A DNA stretch of 64,000 nt from Thermoplasmata archaeon (GTDB taxonomy: Archaea > Thermoplasmatota > Thermoplasmata > Lutacidiplasmatales > UBA184): assembly GCA_035502455.1 (NCBI GenBank), contig DATJUI010000014.1, forward strand, positions 6,365-70,364, in the 5' to 3' direction. Numbering within the stretch: position 1 is the first letter of the stretch; the number at the start of each line of letters is the position of its first letter. Of the stretch, positions 29,091 to 38,357 are shown piece after piece. The notes under the pieces were generated by a model. It made no database searches and was not told the origin of the DNA. It saw nothing but the letters and a program-made list of their open reading frames with translations. The position numbers and the translations under genes were made by a program.

Positions 29091-31810
29091 GCGGCGCTCA
29101 CCCACAGGACCCCCCACAGGCCCATCACGAGACCCGTCTGGACGCCCGAGCCGCTCCCGGACTCCCCGCTCGGATCGTACGAGTACGCGACCGGGTTCGT
29201 GAGCCCGTAGAGGTAGACGCCCGGCGCGAGCGTCGCGCTCACGGTCTCGGTCGCGTCGATCCGCAGGGGACCGCTCGAGACCCCGACGAGCCCGGTCGCG
29301 GGGTCGATCCGTTCGAGCTCGAACGGGTACGGCAGCGTGTAGTTGTGTTCGATCACGTACTGCTGCTGCGCGTTGGCCGCGGTCGAGGAGACGTTGACGA
29401 GGTAGTTGGTGATCCCGATCGAGGAGAGGGGAACCTCCCAGGTGAACGCGACGGGGCCGCCCGCGCCCGGCACGGTCGCGGCGAGCGTGGGGCCGGGGAC
29501 GGAGAAGTTGAACACGCCCTCCGGGTTCGCCACGAGGGACGCCGTCGCGGCCGTCACGACCGGGGGATCGTAGATGTCGCCCGCCCCCCCGTTCGCGGTG
29601 AAGTCGGCGAGGCTCTGCCCGGTCGCGCCCGGGACCGGAAGGACGATCAGCGCGGCCACGTCGACCCCGAACCACGGCCCGTCGTACTCTCCGTCGGGCG
29701 CCCCGTAGACGCCCGGTTGGGTCGGGGCCGCGAAGCTCGCGTACGACGTCGAGCCCGGCACGACCTGCGTATTGACGGGCGCCTGCTCGCGGAACGGGAG
29801 GTAGACGGACTGGGTCGCCCCCGAGGCGGTCATGTTGAGCTGCACCCATTGGCCCGCGTAGGCCACGATCGCGTTGTCGAACGTGCCGTTGATCGCCCCG
29901 CTCTCCGTCGCCGTCCAGTAGTACTGCTGCCCGTAGAGCGCGACGAACTCGGTGTCGGCCGGGTCGCCGCCGCTCCCCGAGATCCCGTTCGAGACCGAGA
30001 ACGCCCCGGGCGTGGAGGCCGTGACCGCGAAGGCGAGGAAGATCGCGACCGACGCGATCCAGGCCGCTTCGGCCCGCTCCCGCCGAGGCCGCGGGGCGCG
30101 CCGGGCGAACGGGAGATCGTGCACGGGCACGCGGGCGGCCGGGGGGGTGGTCGACTGCGCGGCGAGCCGGACCGCCTCGTCGAAGGAGAGTCCCGACGCG
30201 CTGAAGAGCGCGCCTCGCAAGACGGTCAGGAACCCGTTCGCGACGAGGAACAACTGGCCGACGAGCATCACGACGATGCCGGCGAACAGCAGCAGCTGGT
30301 ACTCGGTGATCGCGGGGACGATGGGGAGGATCACTTCGCGACGCAGGACGCCCAGGTTCCCGAGCTGGTCCATCGCGAGGACGATCGTCGTGCCGCCCAC
30401 CAGCGTGAACAGAAAGTGCACCTGGGCGAGCCGGGCCGAGAACCACCGGCGGCCGGTGAGGACCGGGAAGAACGCGTACAGGAGAGCGAAGCCGCCCGCG
30501 ACGATCGCCAGGATCGTGATCGCGTGAAAGTGCGCCAGCACGAACATGCTGTTGTGCACGTCGACGTCGGCCGGGATCGTCGCGTTGATCGGGCCGGTGA
30601 GGCCGCCGAAGATCGACCCCCCGAACGCGAGCGCCGAGAACAGAGCGACCGCGTTCCACTCCCACTGCGAACCGGGGACGCCCTTGAGCGTCATCCAGAC
30701 GGAGAAGAACGTGATCGCCGACGGGATGACGATCGCGAACGACAGGAACATCGTGATCCAGCTCGACCAGGCGGGGAGCGGCGTGAGGTACAGGTGGTGG
30801 ATCCCGAGCAGCGGCGTGAGGACCACGAACATGATCGCGGAGGCGACCGCGAACCGGTAGCTGTAGATCGGGCGGCGGGCGAGGATCGGGATCAGGACGT
30901 AGAGCCCGACGATCGGCAGGAGGAACAGCACGTAGACGATCGCATGCCCGAACATCCAGAAGACGACCTGGTTCGTGAGCGGGCTCAGCGCGACGCCGGC
31001 GTACGCCGCGAGCATGTCCCACCCCGCCGCGACGATCAGTGGCCCGTAGGTGAGCGGCATCAGCACGAGCGTGCCCATCAGGAACCAGAGGAAGACCGGG
31101 TAGCGCCGCCCGGCGGCCGCCGCTGCGTGCTGGCGGTACCAGTCGAGGACGTGGGCGGCCATCCACCACGTCCAGAGGAGCGCCGCCCCCGCGAGCGCGA
31201 TCCACCCGAGGAAGAAGATCGGGCTCACGACGTACGCGCTCGACCCGTTCACGCCGAGCGGCGAGAGGAAGTACCACCCGATCGCCGGGAAGTAGTTGTC
31301 GTTGAACGGGGCGAGGTAGATCGGCCCCTGCAGCAGGAGCATCGAGGCGTTGAGGAGGCCGACCGAGAGGTAGAGGGTCCACTTGCGCCGGGGCGTGATC
31401 CCGAGCGCGTTGATGAGCAGCAGGCCGAAGACGGCCATCTCGACCTGCTGGGCGAACCCGAACAGTTCGCGGATGCCGTGCAGCGTGATCGACGAGTAGA
31501 TCTCCTGCGTCGAGAGGTGGAGGTTGCTCTGCGTCGCGTACGCGACGACCTGGGTCTGGAACCCGAACGCGTCGAAGCCGCCGACCGCGCCCCAGACGAG
31601 CCCTGCGATCAGCATCAGCATCGTGATGCGGGTCATCCAGTCGCGCTGGAGCAGGAAGACCCGCTCGAACAGGCGCATCTTCGCGAGCCGCCGCCGGATC
31701 GCCTCTTCGGTGTCGTCGAGGAACTGGATCAGCGCGGGCGGTCGCTCGAAAACGGCGACGCCTTCGCCCTCGGCGCCGGTCTGTGATGGCCGAAGATCGG
31801 TCGCGGTCAC
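29087..31810 (-). CDS. B-family heme-copper oxygen reductase: subunit I fused to CuA-less subunit II and a further cupredoxin-like domain
   Basis: All six His ligands: TLHG, FGHAIVY (cross-link Tyr), GIHH, HNSMFVLAHFH; RR in LGVLRR; PSAIT; C-terminal TM helix plus two beta-rich domains. Confidence 0.9.
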   Translation of the reverse strand: MTATDLRPSQTGAEGEGVAVFERPPALIQFLDDTEEAIRRRLAKMRLFERVFLLQRDWMTRITMLMLIAGLVWGAVGGFDAFGFQTQVVAYATQSNLHLSTQEIYSSITLHGIRELFGFAQQVEMAVFGLLLINALGITPRRKWTLYLSVGLLNASMLLLQGPIYLAPFNDNYFPAIGWYFLSPLGVNGSSAYVVSPIFFLGWIALAGAALLWTWWMAAHVLDWYRQHAAAAAGRRYPVFLWFLMGTLVLMPLTYGPLIVAAGWDMLAAYAGVALSPLTNQVVFWMFGHAIVYVLFLLPIVGLYVLIPILARRPIYSYRFAVASAIMFVVLTPLLGIHHLYLTPLPAWSSWITMFLSFAIVIPSAITFFSVWMTLKGVPGSQWEWNAVALFSALAFGGSIFGGLTGPINATIPADVDVHNSMFVLAHFHAITILAIVAGGFALLYAFFPVLTGRRWFSARLAQVHFLFTLVGGTTIVLAMDQLGNLGVLRREVILPIVPAITEYQLLLFAGIVVMLVGQLFLVANGFLTVLRGALFSASGLSFDEAVRLAAQSTTPPAARVPVHDLPFARRAPRPRRERAEAAWIASVAIFLAFAVTASTPGAFSVSNGISGSGGDPADTEFVALYGQQYYWTATESGAINGTFDNAIVAYAGQWVQLNMTASGATQSVYLPFREQAPVNTQVVPGSTSYASFAAPTQPGVYGAPDGEYDGPWFGVDVAALIVLPVPGATGQSLADFTANGGAGDIYDPPVVTAATASLVANPEGVFNFSVPGPTLAATVPGAGGPVAFTWEVPLSSIGITNYLVNVSSTAANAQQQYVIEHNYTLPYPFELERIDPATGLVGVSSGPLRIDATETVSATLAPGVYLYGLTNPVAYSYDPSGESGSGSGVQTGLVMGLWGVLWVSAA

Positions 31811-31932
31811 CGGTTCGGGGGCCGTTTTCCCCGTCCGGATGGGGCGGTGGGTTTATCCGAGCCCGGCTCGCGCAGTACGAACTCGACCGGCCCCCGCGAT
31901 TGGCCGCACCCCGGTCCCAGCAGGTCCGACCG

Positions 31933-32382
31933 GTGCTGCGAGCAGGGTCCGCCAACGACCCGGAAGGGAGTCAGCTCGACGCGCCGATCGACGTGGTCGG
32001 GAAGTACCTCGGGGACCCGGACGCCCACGGGAACGCCCACGCGAACGCCCGCGCCCGCTCGATGCCGCCGATCTCCGAGACGTCGTTCGTCGTCTCGTGG
32101 AGGCAGAACGTCAACGGCCACTGGGTCAAGATCGCGCACCGGGTGACCGTCTTCCCCCCGCTCGGTAGGGCGGCCGAGGCGCTCGAGGGGCCGCGGGCCG
32201 GCTCGAAGATGTTCACGGTCTACACGCCGAAAGGGGCGATGACCGAGGTCGCCGTGTACAGGGAGATGCGGTCGGAGTCGGTCCCCGCGGCGCAGCGTGA
32301 GTCGATGATCCGATCGGCCTGGGAGAACGCCTACACGGAGGATGCGGCCGGCCTCCGCGAGTTCGCAAAGTCCCGCGCGTGA
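31933..32382 (+). CDS. START/SRPBCC-like protein, paralog 1 (start uncertain)
   Basis: EGSQLDAPIDVV...AH..AH...FPP....LEGPRAGSK..VYTPKG aligns with the ORFs at 56496 and 57341. Confidence 0.6.
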   Translation: MLRAGSANDPEGSQLDAPIDVVGKYLGDPDAHGNAHANARARSMPPISETSFVVSWRQNVNGHWVKIAHRVTVFPPLGRAAEALEGPRAGSKMFTVYTPKGAMTEVAVYREMRSESVPAAQRESMIRSAWENAYTEDAAGLREFAKSRA

Positions 32383-32589
32383 CCGGGCCGAGGTGGCTCC
32401 CGGGGCCGCGTTCCCGCGACCGGAGGACGTGCGTCGTCCGCCGAGCCGATCGGGGCGGAGGGGCGCTCCGCGGGCCCCGTCCCGCGACCGCCGGGCTCCG
32501 TCGCCGGGGGGCCGCCTCTACGCGCCGACTTACGGTCGTGCCGCGGGCGGTCCGCCGGTCGGGGAGTCCGCTTTCGACCGGCCCGCTCG

Positions 32590-32754
32590 TCACCACTTTC
32601 GGAGCGCTTGGGCGACCTGCTTGCGGGCGGCCCGCGTCTGGTGGCCCGGTCCCGTCCGCGTGTACGACGCGCACGCGCACGCCCGGCAGCCGCCGTCCGG
32701 CGTATGCAGCCTCAGCTGATGCAGGCAGCCCGGGGTCTCGCATTCGGTCGTCAT
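32590..32754 (-). CDS. Small Cys/His-rich metal-binding protein, 54 aa (absent from ORF track)
   Basis: MTTECETPGCLHQLRLHTPDGGCRACACASYTRTGPGHQTRAARKQVAQALRKW; purine-rich gaaggaagagg and AT-rich tttaga upstream. Confidence 0.65.
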   Translation of the reverse strand: MTTECETPGCLHQLRLHTPDGGCRACACASYTRTGPGHQTRAARKQVAQALRKW

Positions 32755-32914
32755 GCCGTCGTTCCTCTTCCTTCGTCCACGACCGCTCTAGTCCTCTCGA
32801 GCTCTAAATGAAGCCCTATCGAGCCGTCCGCGGTCGCGGACCACCGGCCGCGCTCGGAGCCGGTCGCCGGGCGCTCGCACGGCCCACCCAAGGGGACCCG
32901 CGGGGATCGGTGAC

Positions 32915-34402
32915 CTATCCCGAGTCCACGAGCGGAGGCGCGGTCGTCCCGCGGGCCAGCGCCCGCCGATAGCCGATGTACGAGACCCCGTACCCCACGA
33001 GGGGGACGACCATGAGCACGGCCCCCGCACGGAGCGCCCCGTCGTTGTATCGGATCCCCATCCGCCAGCTCCCGACCGCCTGGCCGACGAAGCCGACCAG
33101 GGAGAAGCTCGCCCCGAGGAACACCAGCGGGGCGCCGAACAGCTCGGCGACAGGGGCGAGCCCGTACGCCGACGTCGCGAGCGTGACCCCCGTCAGGTAG
33201 AGAACGAGCCCCCCGACGGCGAAGGCGAGCCCCAGGAGGCCCACGAGGGTGAAGTAGGCCGGCGTCGTGAACGCCCGGGACGACGTCGACATCTTGCGGA
33301 ACCCGGAGAAGTAGACGAGGGACGACGCCGCCCCGAGCGCGGCGGCCGCGGCGAGCGCGAGGATCGCCCCGAGCGCATGGCGGTAGAGGAGCGTGACGTT
33401 CCCGGTCGCCGCCGGGTAGGCGAGCAGCGCGGCGACGAGCAGGGCCGCGCCCCCCACGAACAGGACCTGGGAGGCCGTCGCGGCGAGCGAGGCGTTGCGG
33501 AGCGAACGGACCCCGTCGCGCTCCGGGGCCTCGACCCCCTGGAGCAGGGCGGTCTCCCGCAGCGCCCCGATCCCGCGCACGAGGATGTACTCCACGAAGA
33601 TGATCCCGACGATGAAGAAGCTCGCCGGGTAGTTCGTCCACAGCGCCACGAACAGTCCGGCCCAGACGGCGCTCACGGCCACGAGCACGGAGACGAGCGC
33701 GGCCGTCAGCGAGCGCGACGTCAGCCGGACGGCGATCGCCGCGGGCGTGACCATGAGCGCGAAGATCAAGAGGACGCCGATGATCTGGACGGCGAAGGAG
33801 ATCACCACGGCCAGGAGGATCATGAAGACCAGGTTGAGGAGCGCGAGGGGCAGACCCTTCGCCTCGGCCACATCCTCGTCCAGCGACGTGAACAGCAGCG
33901 GGCGATAGATGAGCGCCAGGACGGCCAGGACCGCGAGGCTGGTCCAGAACGTCAGCACGACCTCCGAGGCGCTGATGCCGAGCACCTCCCCGAACAGGAT
34001 CGAGTACGCCTCCTGCGCGTAGCCGTTGTAGAGGCTGATGAACAGCAGGCCGAGCGCCAGCGAGAAGGCGAGCAGCGTGCCGATCGTGACGTCCCGGCTC
34101 GACGCCCGGTTCCCGAGGACGGCCATGCCGCTCCCGGTCACGCTCGTGAAGATCAGCAGACCGTAGACCGGATTGGCGCCGACGAGGACCGCGGCGGCGG
34201 CGCCGGAGAACCCGGAGTGGCCGAGGGCGTGCGCGGCGAACGCCGAGCGGCGGAGCACGACGAAGTACCCGACGAGTCCGGCGAGGATCCCGATGATCGT
34301 CCCGGCCTCCATCGCATTGCGCATGAACTCGAACGACCAGAGGAGCCGAAGGTCGGTCACGAGATTCCAGCTCCACGGGATCCCGCTCCACCCGCCGCTC
34401 AT
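32915..34402 (-). CDS. Zn/Mn ABC permease (ZnuB-like) with C-terminal membrane extension (DUF973-like)
   Basis: FAAHALGHSGFSG, ILFGEVLGIS, FTSLDEDVAEAKG, GVLLIFALMVTPAA; about 200 extra aa ending WRMGIRYNDGALRAGAVL; ATGA overlap. Confidence 0.85.
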   Translation of the reverse strand: MSGGWSGIPWSWNLVTDLRLLWSFEFMRNAMEAGTIIGILAGLVGYFVVLRRSAFAAHALGHSGFSGAAAAVLVGANPVYGLLIFTSVTGSGMAVLGNRASSRDVTIGTLLAFSLALGLLFISLYNGYAQEAYSILFGEVLGISASEVVLTFWTSLAVLAVLALIYRPLLFTSLDEDVAEAKGLPLALLNLVFMILLAVVISFAVQIIGVLLIFALMVTPAAIAVRLTSRSLTAALVSVLVAVSAVWAGLFVALWTNYPASFFIVGIIFVEYILVRGIGALRETALLQGVEAPERDGVRSLRNASLAATASQVLFVGGAALLVAALLAYPAATGNVTLLYRHALGAILALAAAAALGAASSLVYFSGFRKMSTSSRAFTTPAYFTLVGLLGLAFAVGGLVLYLTGVTLATSAYGLAPVAELFGAPLVFLGASFSLVGFVGQAVGSWRMGIRYNDGALRAGAVLMVVPLVGYGVSYIGYRRALARGTTAPPLVDSG

Positions 34403-35292
34403 CCGCCCTCCTCGCCGCGATCGTCCTCGCCCCCGACGATCACGATGTTGCCCCGGGAGTCGTGCAGGACCTCGACGTGGAATCCGTAGAGCTCGGAGAG
34501 CCGCTCCGAGGTGAGGACGTCGGCCGGAGATCCGACCGCGACGCGTCCGTTCGCGATGTAGATCACCTTGTTGAGGCACTGGATCATCGGATTGATGTCG
34601 TGCGCCACCAGCAGGGTCGTCACGCCCCGCGACCGGACCAGGCCGTGGATCGTCTCGACCAGCTCCCGGCTCCGGCGGAGGTCGAGGTTCGAGAGCGGCT
34701 CGTCGAGCAGCAGCATGTCGGGGTTCCCCACGAGCGCCTCGGCGAGGAAGATCCGCTGCAGCTCCCCGCCGGACAGCGCGCCCAGGGACCGGTCGCTCAG
34801 CTCCGACGCGCCGACCGCCTCCAGGGCCTGTTCCGCGGCCTCCCGCTCCGCTCGCCAGTCGAGGCGGGGGCCCCACTGCAACGGTCGCCACCGCTTCCCG
34901 GGACCCCAGCGGGCCCCCGGGTACGCGAGGCGCACGAGCTTGTCGCACGCGATGTGGGTCTCCTGGTCGAGGGTGTGCCGCTGCGGGACGTAGCCGATCC
35001 GATAGTTGCCCCGGTGGGGCGGGGCCCCGAGCACGGAGAGCCCCCCGCTCGACGGCCAGTGGAGCCCGAGGAGCATCCGGAACAGGGTCGTCTTGCCCGC
35101 GCCGTTCGGCCCGATCACCGCGACGAACTCACCGGGCTGGATGTCGAACGTCGCGTCCTTCCAGACGAGCCGGTTCCGGTAGCGCACCTCGAGCCGGTCC
35201 GCCCGGATCGCGGGCGGACCCGGCCGCGCGGCCGCGGCGTCCGGCGACTCGGAGACCGGCGGGTGGGCCGGGAGCAGGATTTCGGCGCCCAC
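34399..35292 (-). CDS. Zn/Mn ABC transporter ATP-binding protein
   Basis: GPNGAGKTT, IGYVPQ, LSGGELQR, LLDEP, VAHD. Confidence 0.93.
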   Translation of the reverse strand: MGAEILLPAHPPVSESPDAAAARPGPPAIRADRLEVRYRNRLVWKDATFDIQPGEFVAVIGPNGAGKTTLFRMLLGLHWPSSGGLSVLGAPPHRGNYRIGYVPQRHTLDQETHIACDKLVRLAYPGARWGPGKRWRPLQWGPRLDWRAEREAAEQALEAVGASELSDRSLGALSGGELQRIFLAEALVGNPDMLLLDEPLSNLDLRRSRELVETIHGLVRSRGVTTLLVAHDINPMIQCLNKVIYIANGRVAVGSPADVLTSERLSELYGFHVEVLHDSRGNIVIVGGEDDRGEEGG

Positions 35293-35414
35293 GCGAAGTC
35301 AGCGCCCCCGCGGTCCGACCGGGCGCGGTCGCGCGAGGCGGGGGTCCCCGCTGACGCCTCCGTTCGAGACGCTCGGGCCCGGGGCGGGCGGGCCGCCCCG
35401 GGAGTGGCGGGGGG

Positions 35415-36638
35415 TCACGGCGCCGTGCCCCCGAGCGCGCCCGCATTGAGGGCATTGGCGAGACTGTCGTACTGCCCGAACATCCAGACCTGGAAGCTGG
35501 TGTCCGGGGGCTGGATGGTCTCGCTGACGTAGGTGACCGTCACGTTGTTCTCGCCGGCCAACCCCTCGAGCGTCGAGGTGATCGGGGTCACGGTCTGGAT
35601 GTTGTAGACGAGGACCTTAACGTATCCGCCCTCGAGCTGGCACTCGAACTGCGCCACGCTCGAGGCGGGCGGGTCGTTCCCTTCCGCGATCGCTTCCATG
35701 AACGCGGGGGGCGAGATCAGGTCGAGTCCGGTGTAGTTCGCGAGATAGACGAAGATGCTCTCCGTCGAGACCACGACCGTGCCGGCGAAGTCGGCCTTGA
35801 TCTGGTTGGCGCGAGAGTAGAGCTGGTCGATCGACACGCCCTCCGCGGCCCCGCCCGAGGAGGAGTTGAGGTTCGCGAAGTTCTGCTGGAAGATCGACGT
35901 GGAGGCCGGTTGCAACGCCACGAGGTCGGAGTACATCGCGAGCAGCGTGTGGTTCACGTAGAGCGGGTTGTACCACATATGGGGATTCCCGGTGACGATC
36001 CCTCCGGTCACGGAGACGCCGTTCAGGACTCCCACGTTGAGGACCTCCTGGCCGGGCGTGTCCGAAGCTCCGATCAACTGGGTCCCCCAGTCGTCGTAGC
36101 CCACCCCGTTCAAGATCACGAAGTTCGCGTCCGCGATGGCCGCCGCGTCCGAGGCGTTCGCTTCGTAGTCGTGCGGGTCGGCGTTCGGATTGCTCACGAT
36201 GCTGAGCACGTGGGTCAGATTGCCGCCCAGCTGGCTCACGAGGCTGCCCCAGAAGTTCTCACCGGCGACGACCTGGATGGTCGTGCCGACCGGCACCGTG
36301 GCCAGCGGCCCGTTGGTCAGGGTGGTGGCGTTCGCGTAGTTCGGCGTGGTGTCGCCTTCCACCTGGCCCGGGGTGGCATTCGCTCCGAGCTGCTGCGGCG
36401 TGAACACCGCGCAGGGGTTGCCGGGCGACTTGCTCGTCACGAGTTCGTAGGCGGTCGCGCTCCCGATGAGGACGATCACCACCGCCGCGATGCCGATGAC
36501 CTGGAGCGCCGAGAGGGACTTCCGCCTCGCGCGGCGGGCGGTGCCGTCCCGGGGTGACCCCGCACCCGCCGGGGTCGCGGGGGGCCCGTTCGGGGCGGAG
36601 GAGTCGGTGAGCGCCCCGGAGGGGTTCGTTCCCGCCAT
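35415..36638 (-). CDS. Zn/Mn ABC substrate-binding protein (cluster A-I), membrane anchored
   Basis: TM anchor; VVAGENFWGS, DPHDYE, NGVGYD, NPHMWY, YVSETI. Confidence 0.9.
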   Translation of the reverse strand: MAGTNPSGALTDSSAPNGPPATPAGAGSPRDGTARRARRKSLSALQVIGIAAVVIVLIGSATAYELVTSKSPGNPCAVFTPQQLGANATPGQVEGDTTPNYANATTLTNGPLATVPVGTTIQVVAGENFWGSLVSQLGGNLTHVLSIVSNPNADPHDYEANASDAAAIADANFVILNGVGYDDWGTQLIGASDTPGQEVLNVGVLNGVSVTGGIVTGNPHMWYNPLYVNHTLLAMYSDLVALQPASTSIFQQNFANLNSSSGGAAEGVSIDQLYSRANQIKADFAGTVVVSTESIFVYLANYTGLDLISPPAFMEAIAEGNDPPASSVAQFECQLEGGYVKVLVYNIQTVTPITSTLEGLAGENNVTVTYVSETIQPPDTSFQVWMFGQYDSLANALNAGALGGTAP

Positions 36639-36640
36639 GT

Positions 36641-37072
36641 TCAGCGACCTCCGCGTTCGCTCGCGCACGCCGGGATCGGCTCGCCGTGGGGGCACGTCGT
36701 CGGGTGGGCCTGGGCGCGGCAGACCTCTTCCACCGTGCGGTGGGAGATCGCCAGATCGACCTCTCGCGCCGCGGCGCAGGTCTCGGAGGGCGTGAGCCCG
36801 GCCCGGCTGAACAGGCTCTCGACGACCCGGTGATGCCGCTGGTACTCGAGCAGCGTCCCGCGCCCCCGGGCCGTGAGTCGGCTCTTGCCGCGGTACCGTT
36901 CGACCAGACCTAGGTCCTCGAGCGGGGTGAGGTGACCCAGGGCCGAAGGCGCGGTAACCTGCAGCGTGGCGGCGATCCCATTGAGCGGGGCGCCCCGTTC
37001 GGACGTCTCGAGGGCTGCGACGGCCCGGAGCACTTCGACCTGTCGACGGCTCAGCTTCTGGAGGGTCTCCAT
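36641..37072 (-). CDS. DtxR/MntR-family metal-dependent regulator
   Basis: wHTH, LTARG...QRHHRVVE, HPTTCPHGEPIP. Confidence 0.9.
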   Translation of the reverse strand: METLQKLSRRQVEVLRAVAALETSERGAPLNGIAATLQVTAPSALGHLTPLEDLGLVERYRGKSRLTARGRGTLLEYQRHHRVVESLFSRAGLTPSETCAAAREVDLAISHRTVEEVCRAQAHPTTCPHGEPIPACASERGGR

Positions 37073-37094
37073 GCCCCCTCCCACGAAGCGGCCC

Positions 37095-37125
37095 AATATA
37101 TAGTCAACCCTAATTATTAGGTGAC
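37095..37125 (-). promoter_or_regulatory. TATA box and palindromic putative DtxR-family operator
   Basis: tatatat 24-30 nt upstream of ATG 37072; inverted repeat CCTAAT-T-ATTAGG (37109-37121) flanked by gtca/tgac. Confidence 0.65.
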
Positions 37126-37479
37126 AGCTCACATTGCCCGCGCCCCCCGCTCCGGGGCGCGCGACGCACCGGGGTGGCGATCGGCCGACGTTCCCCTCGA
37201 TCGGCCGCAGGTCTCGACCGCGGGATCGGGCGCTCCCAAACAGGGCCCACAGGTGACCGCCGGACGCCGCGCGACGGGGCCGGTCGGTTCCGGTGACCGA
37301 GCCGACGCGGTTCCGAACACCGCCCCGAGACGCGCCCCCGGGTCCGGGCGGGACGGTCACGCCGCGGGACCTGTCGGGCCGAGCCGGGCTCCGAAACCGG
37401 TCCGGAACGTCCGCCGCCGCTGCGGGCGGACCACCCGGGCGGGCTTAAGCCGAGGAGCGCTACGGGGGTGGGGAACTCC

Positions 37480-37674
37480 ATGCCCTACTACGAGTGCCCG
37501 GTGTGCGGCGGTGGGTACGTCATCGACCCGGCTCCTCAGCATCCGAAATGCGATCGCGACGGGGCCGCGCTCAAGCGAGCCAGCGAGGCGTCGTACGAGT
37601 TGGCGGCCCGTCGCGACGACTACGAGGCCCCGAAGGCCAAGCCGAAGCGCAGCGGCAAGGCGAAGGGCCGCTGA
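37480..37674 (+). CDS. Small CPxCG zinc-finger protein with basic tail
   Basis: MPYYECPVCGG...PKCDRDG...KAKPKRSGKAKGR; cttaag about 30 nt upstream. Confidence 0.7.
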   Translation: MPYYECPVCGGGYVIDPAPQHPKCDRDGAALKRASEASYELAARRDDYEAPKAKPKRSGKAKGR

Positions 37675-37820
37675 TCGGCCCCGACGGGCCGGCGGCCCCA
37701 AGGTAACGTCGCACCGGACCCCCGGTCTCCCAGGCCGGGCGGCAGCCCCCGAGCCGACCCGTACGAGTCCGAGGAGGCCGGCGCGCCTTCGACCGCGGCC
37801 GACGGTCGGAAGCTCCTCCC

Positions 37821-38357
37821 TCAGACCCGGTAGTCAAGCACGAGGAAGCCGTTCGGAGAGATGACGCTTCGAGCGAGCGTCAACCTTCGGGGCGTTCCCT
37901 GACCGAACAGCCTCCGACCTTGAAATTTGAGGGCCGGTGCGATCACCAACTGCAGCTCGTCGACGAGACCTGCCTGCAAGAGGGACTGCGTCAGCTGAAG
38001 GCTCCCGTGGACCCCGATGTCACCGCCCGGCTTCGCCTTCAGCGACCGCACGAACTCGGGGAGCGGGCCCCGGACCGCGGAACTGTTCGCCCAGGTCTGC
38101 CCGAGCGGGGACGAAGTGACGATGAATTTCTCGACGCGGTTGATGAAACTCGCGAACGGTTCGATGTCGCTGGTGGGCCAGTATCCCGCCCCCTGGTCGA
38201 AGGTGCGCCGACCGAGCAGGACGGTGTCCTCCGCCGCGATGCGCCGCCGGGCGTTCTCCTCGATGACCTCGTCCTCGACCCCCACGAATAGATCCTCCAA
38301 CCCCTCGGCCACACCGTCGAGAGAGAGGAGTTCGGAGGCGACGAGTTTGCGAGTCAT
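37821..38357 (-). CDS. Dihydrofolate reductase-like (RibD C-terminal) protein
   Basis: LSLDGV, LLGRRTF, GDIGVHGS, LVDELQLVIAP. Confidence 0.88.
   Translation of the reverse strand: MTRKLVASELLSLDGVAEGLEDLFVGVEDEVIEENARRRIAAEDTVLLGRRTFDQGAGYWPTSDIEPFASFINRVEKFIVTSSPLGQTWANSSAVRGPLPEFVRSLKAKPGGDIGVHGSLQLTQSLLQAGLVDELQLVIAPALKFQGRRLFGQGTPRRLTLARSVISPNGFLVLDYRV

Noticed and set aside
29087-31810. Nitric oxide reductase
   Set aside because: The cross-linking Tyr (GHAIVY) and all CuB His residues are retained, and there is no NOR-type Glu/Asn/Gln substitution
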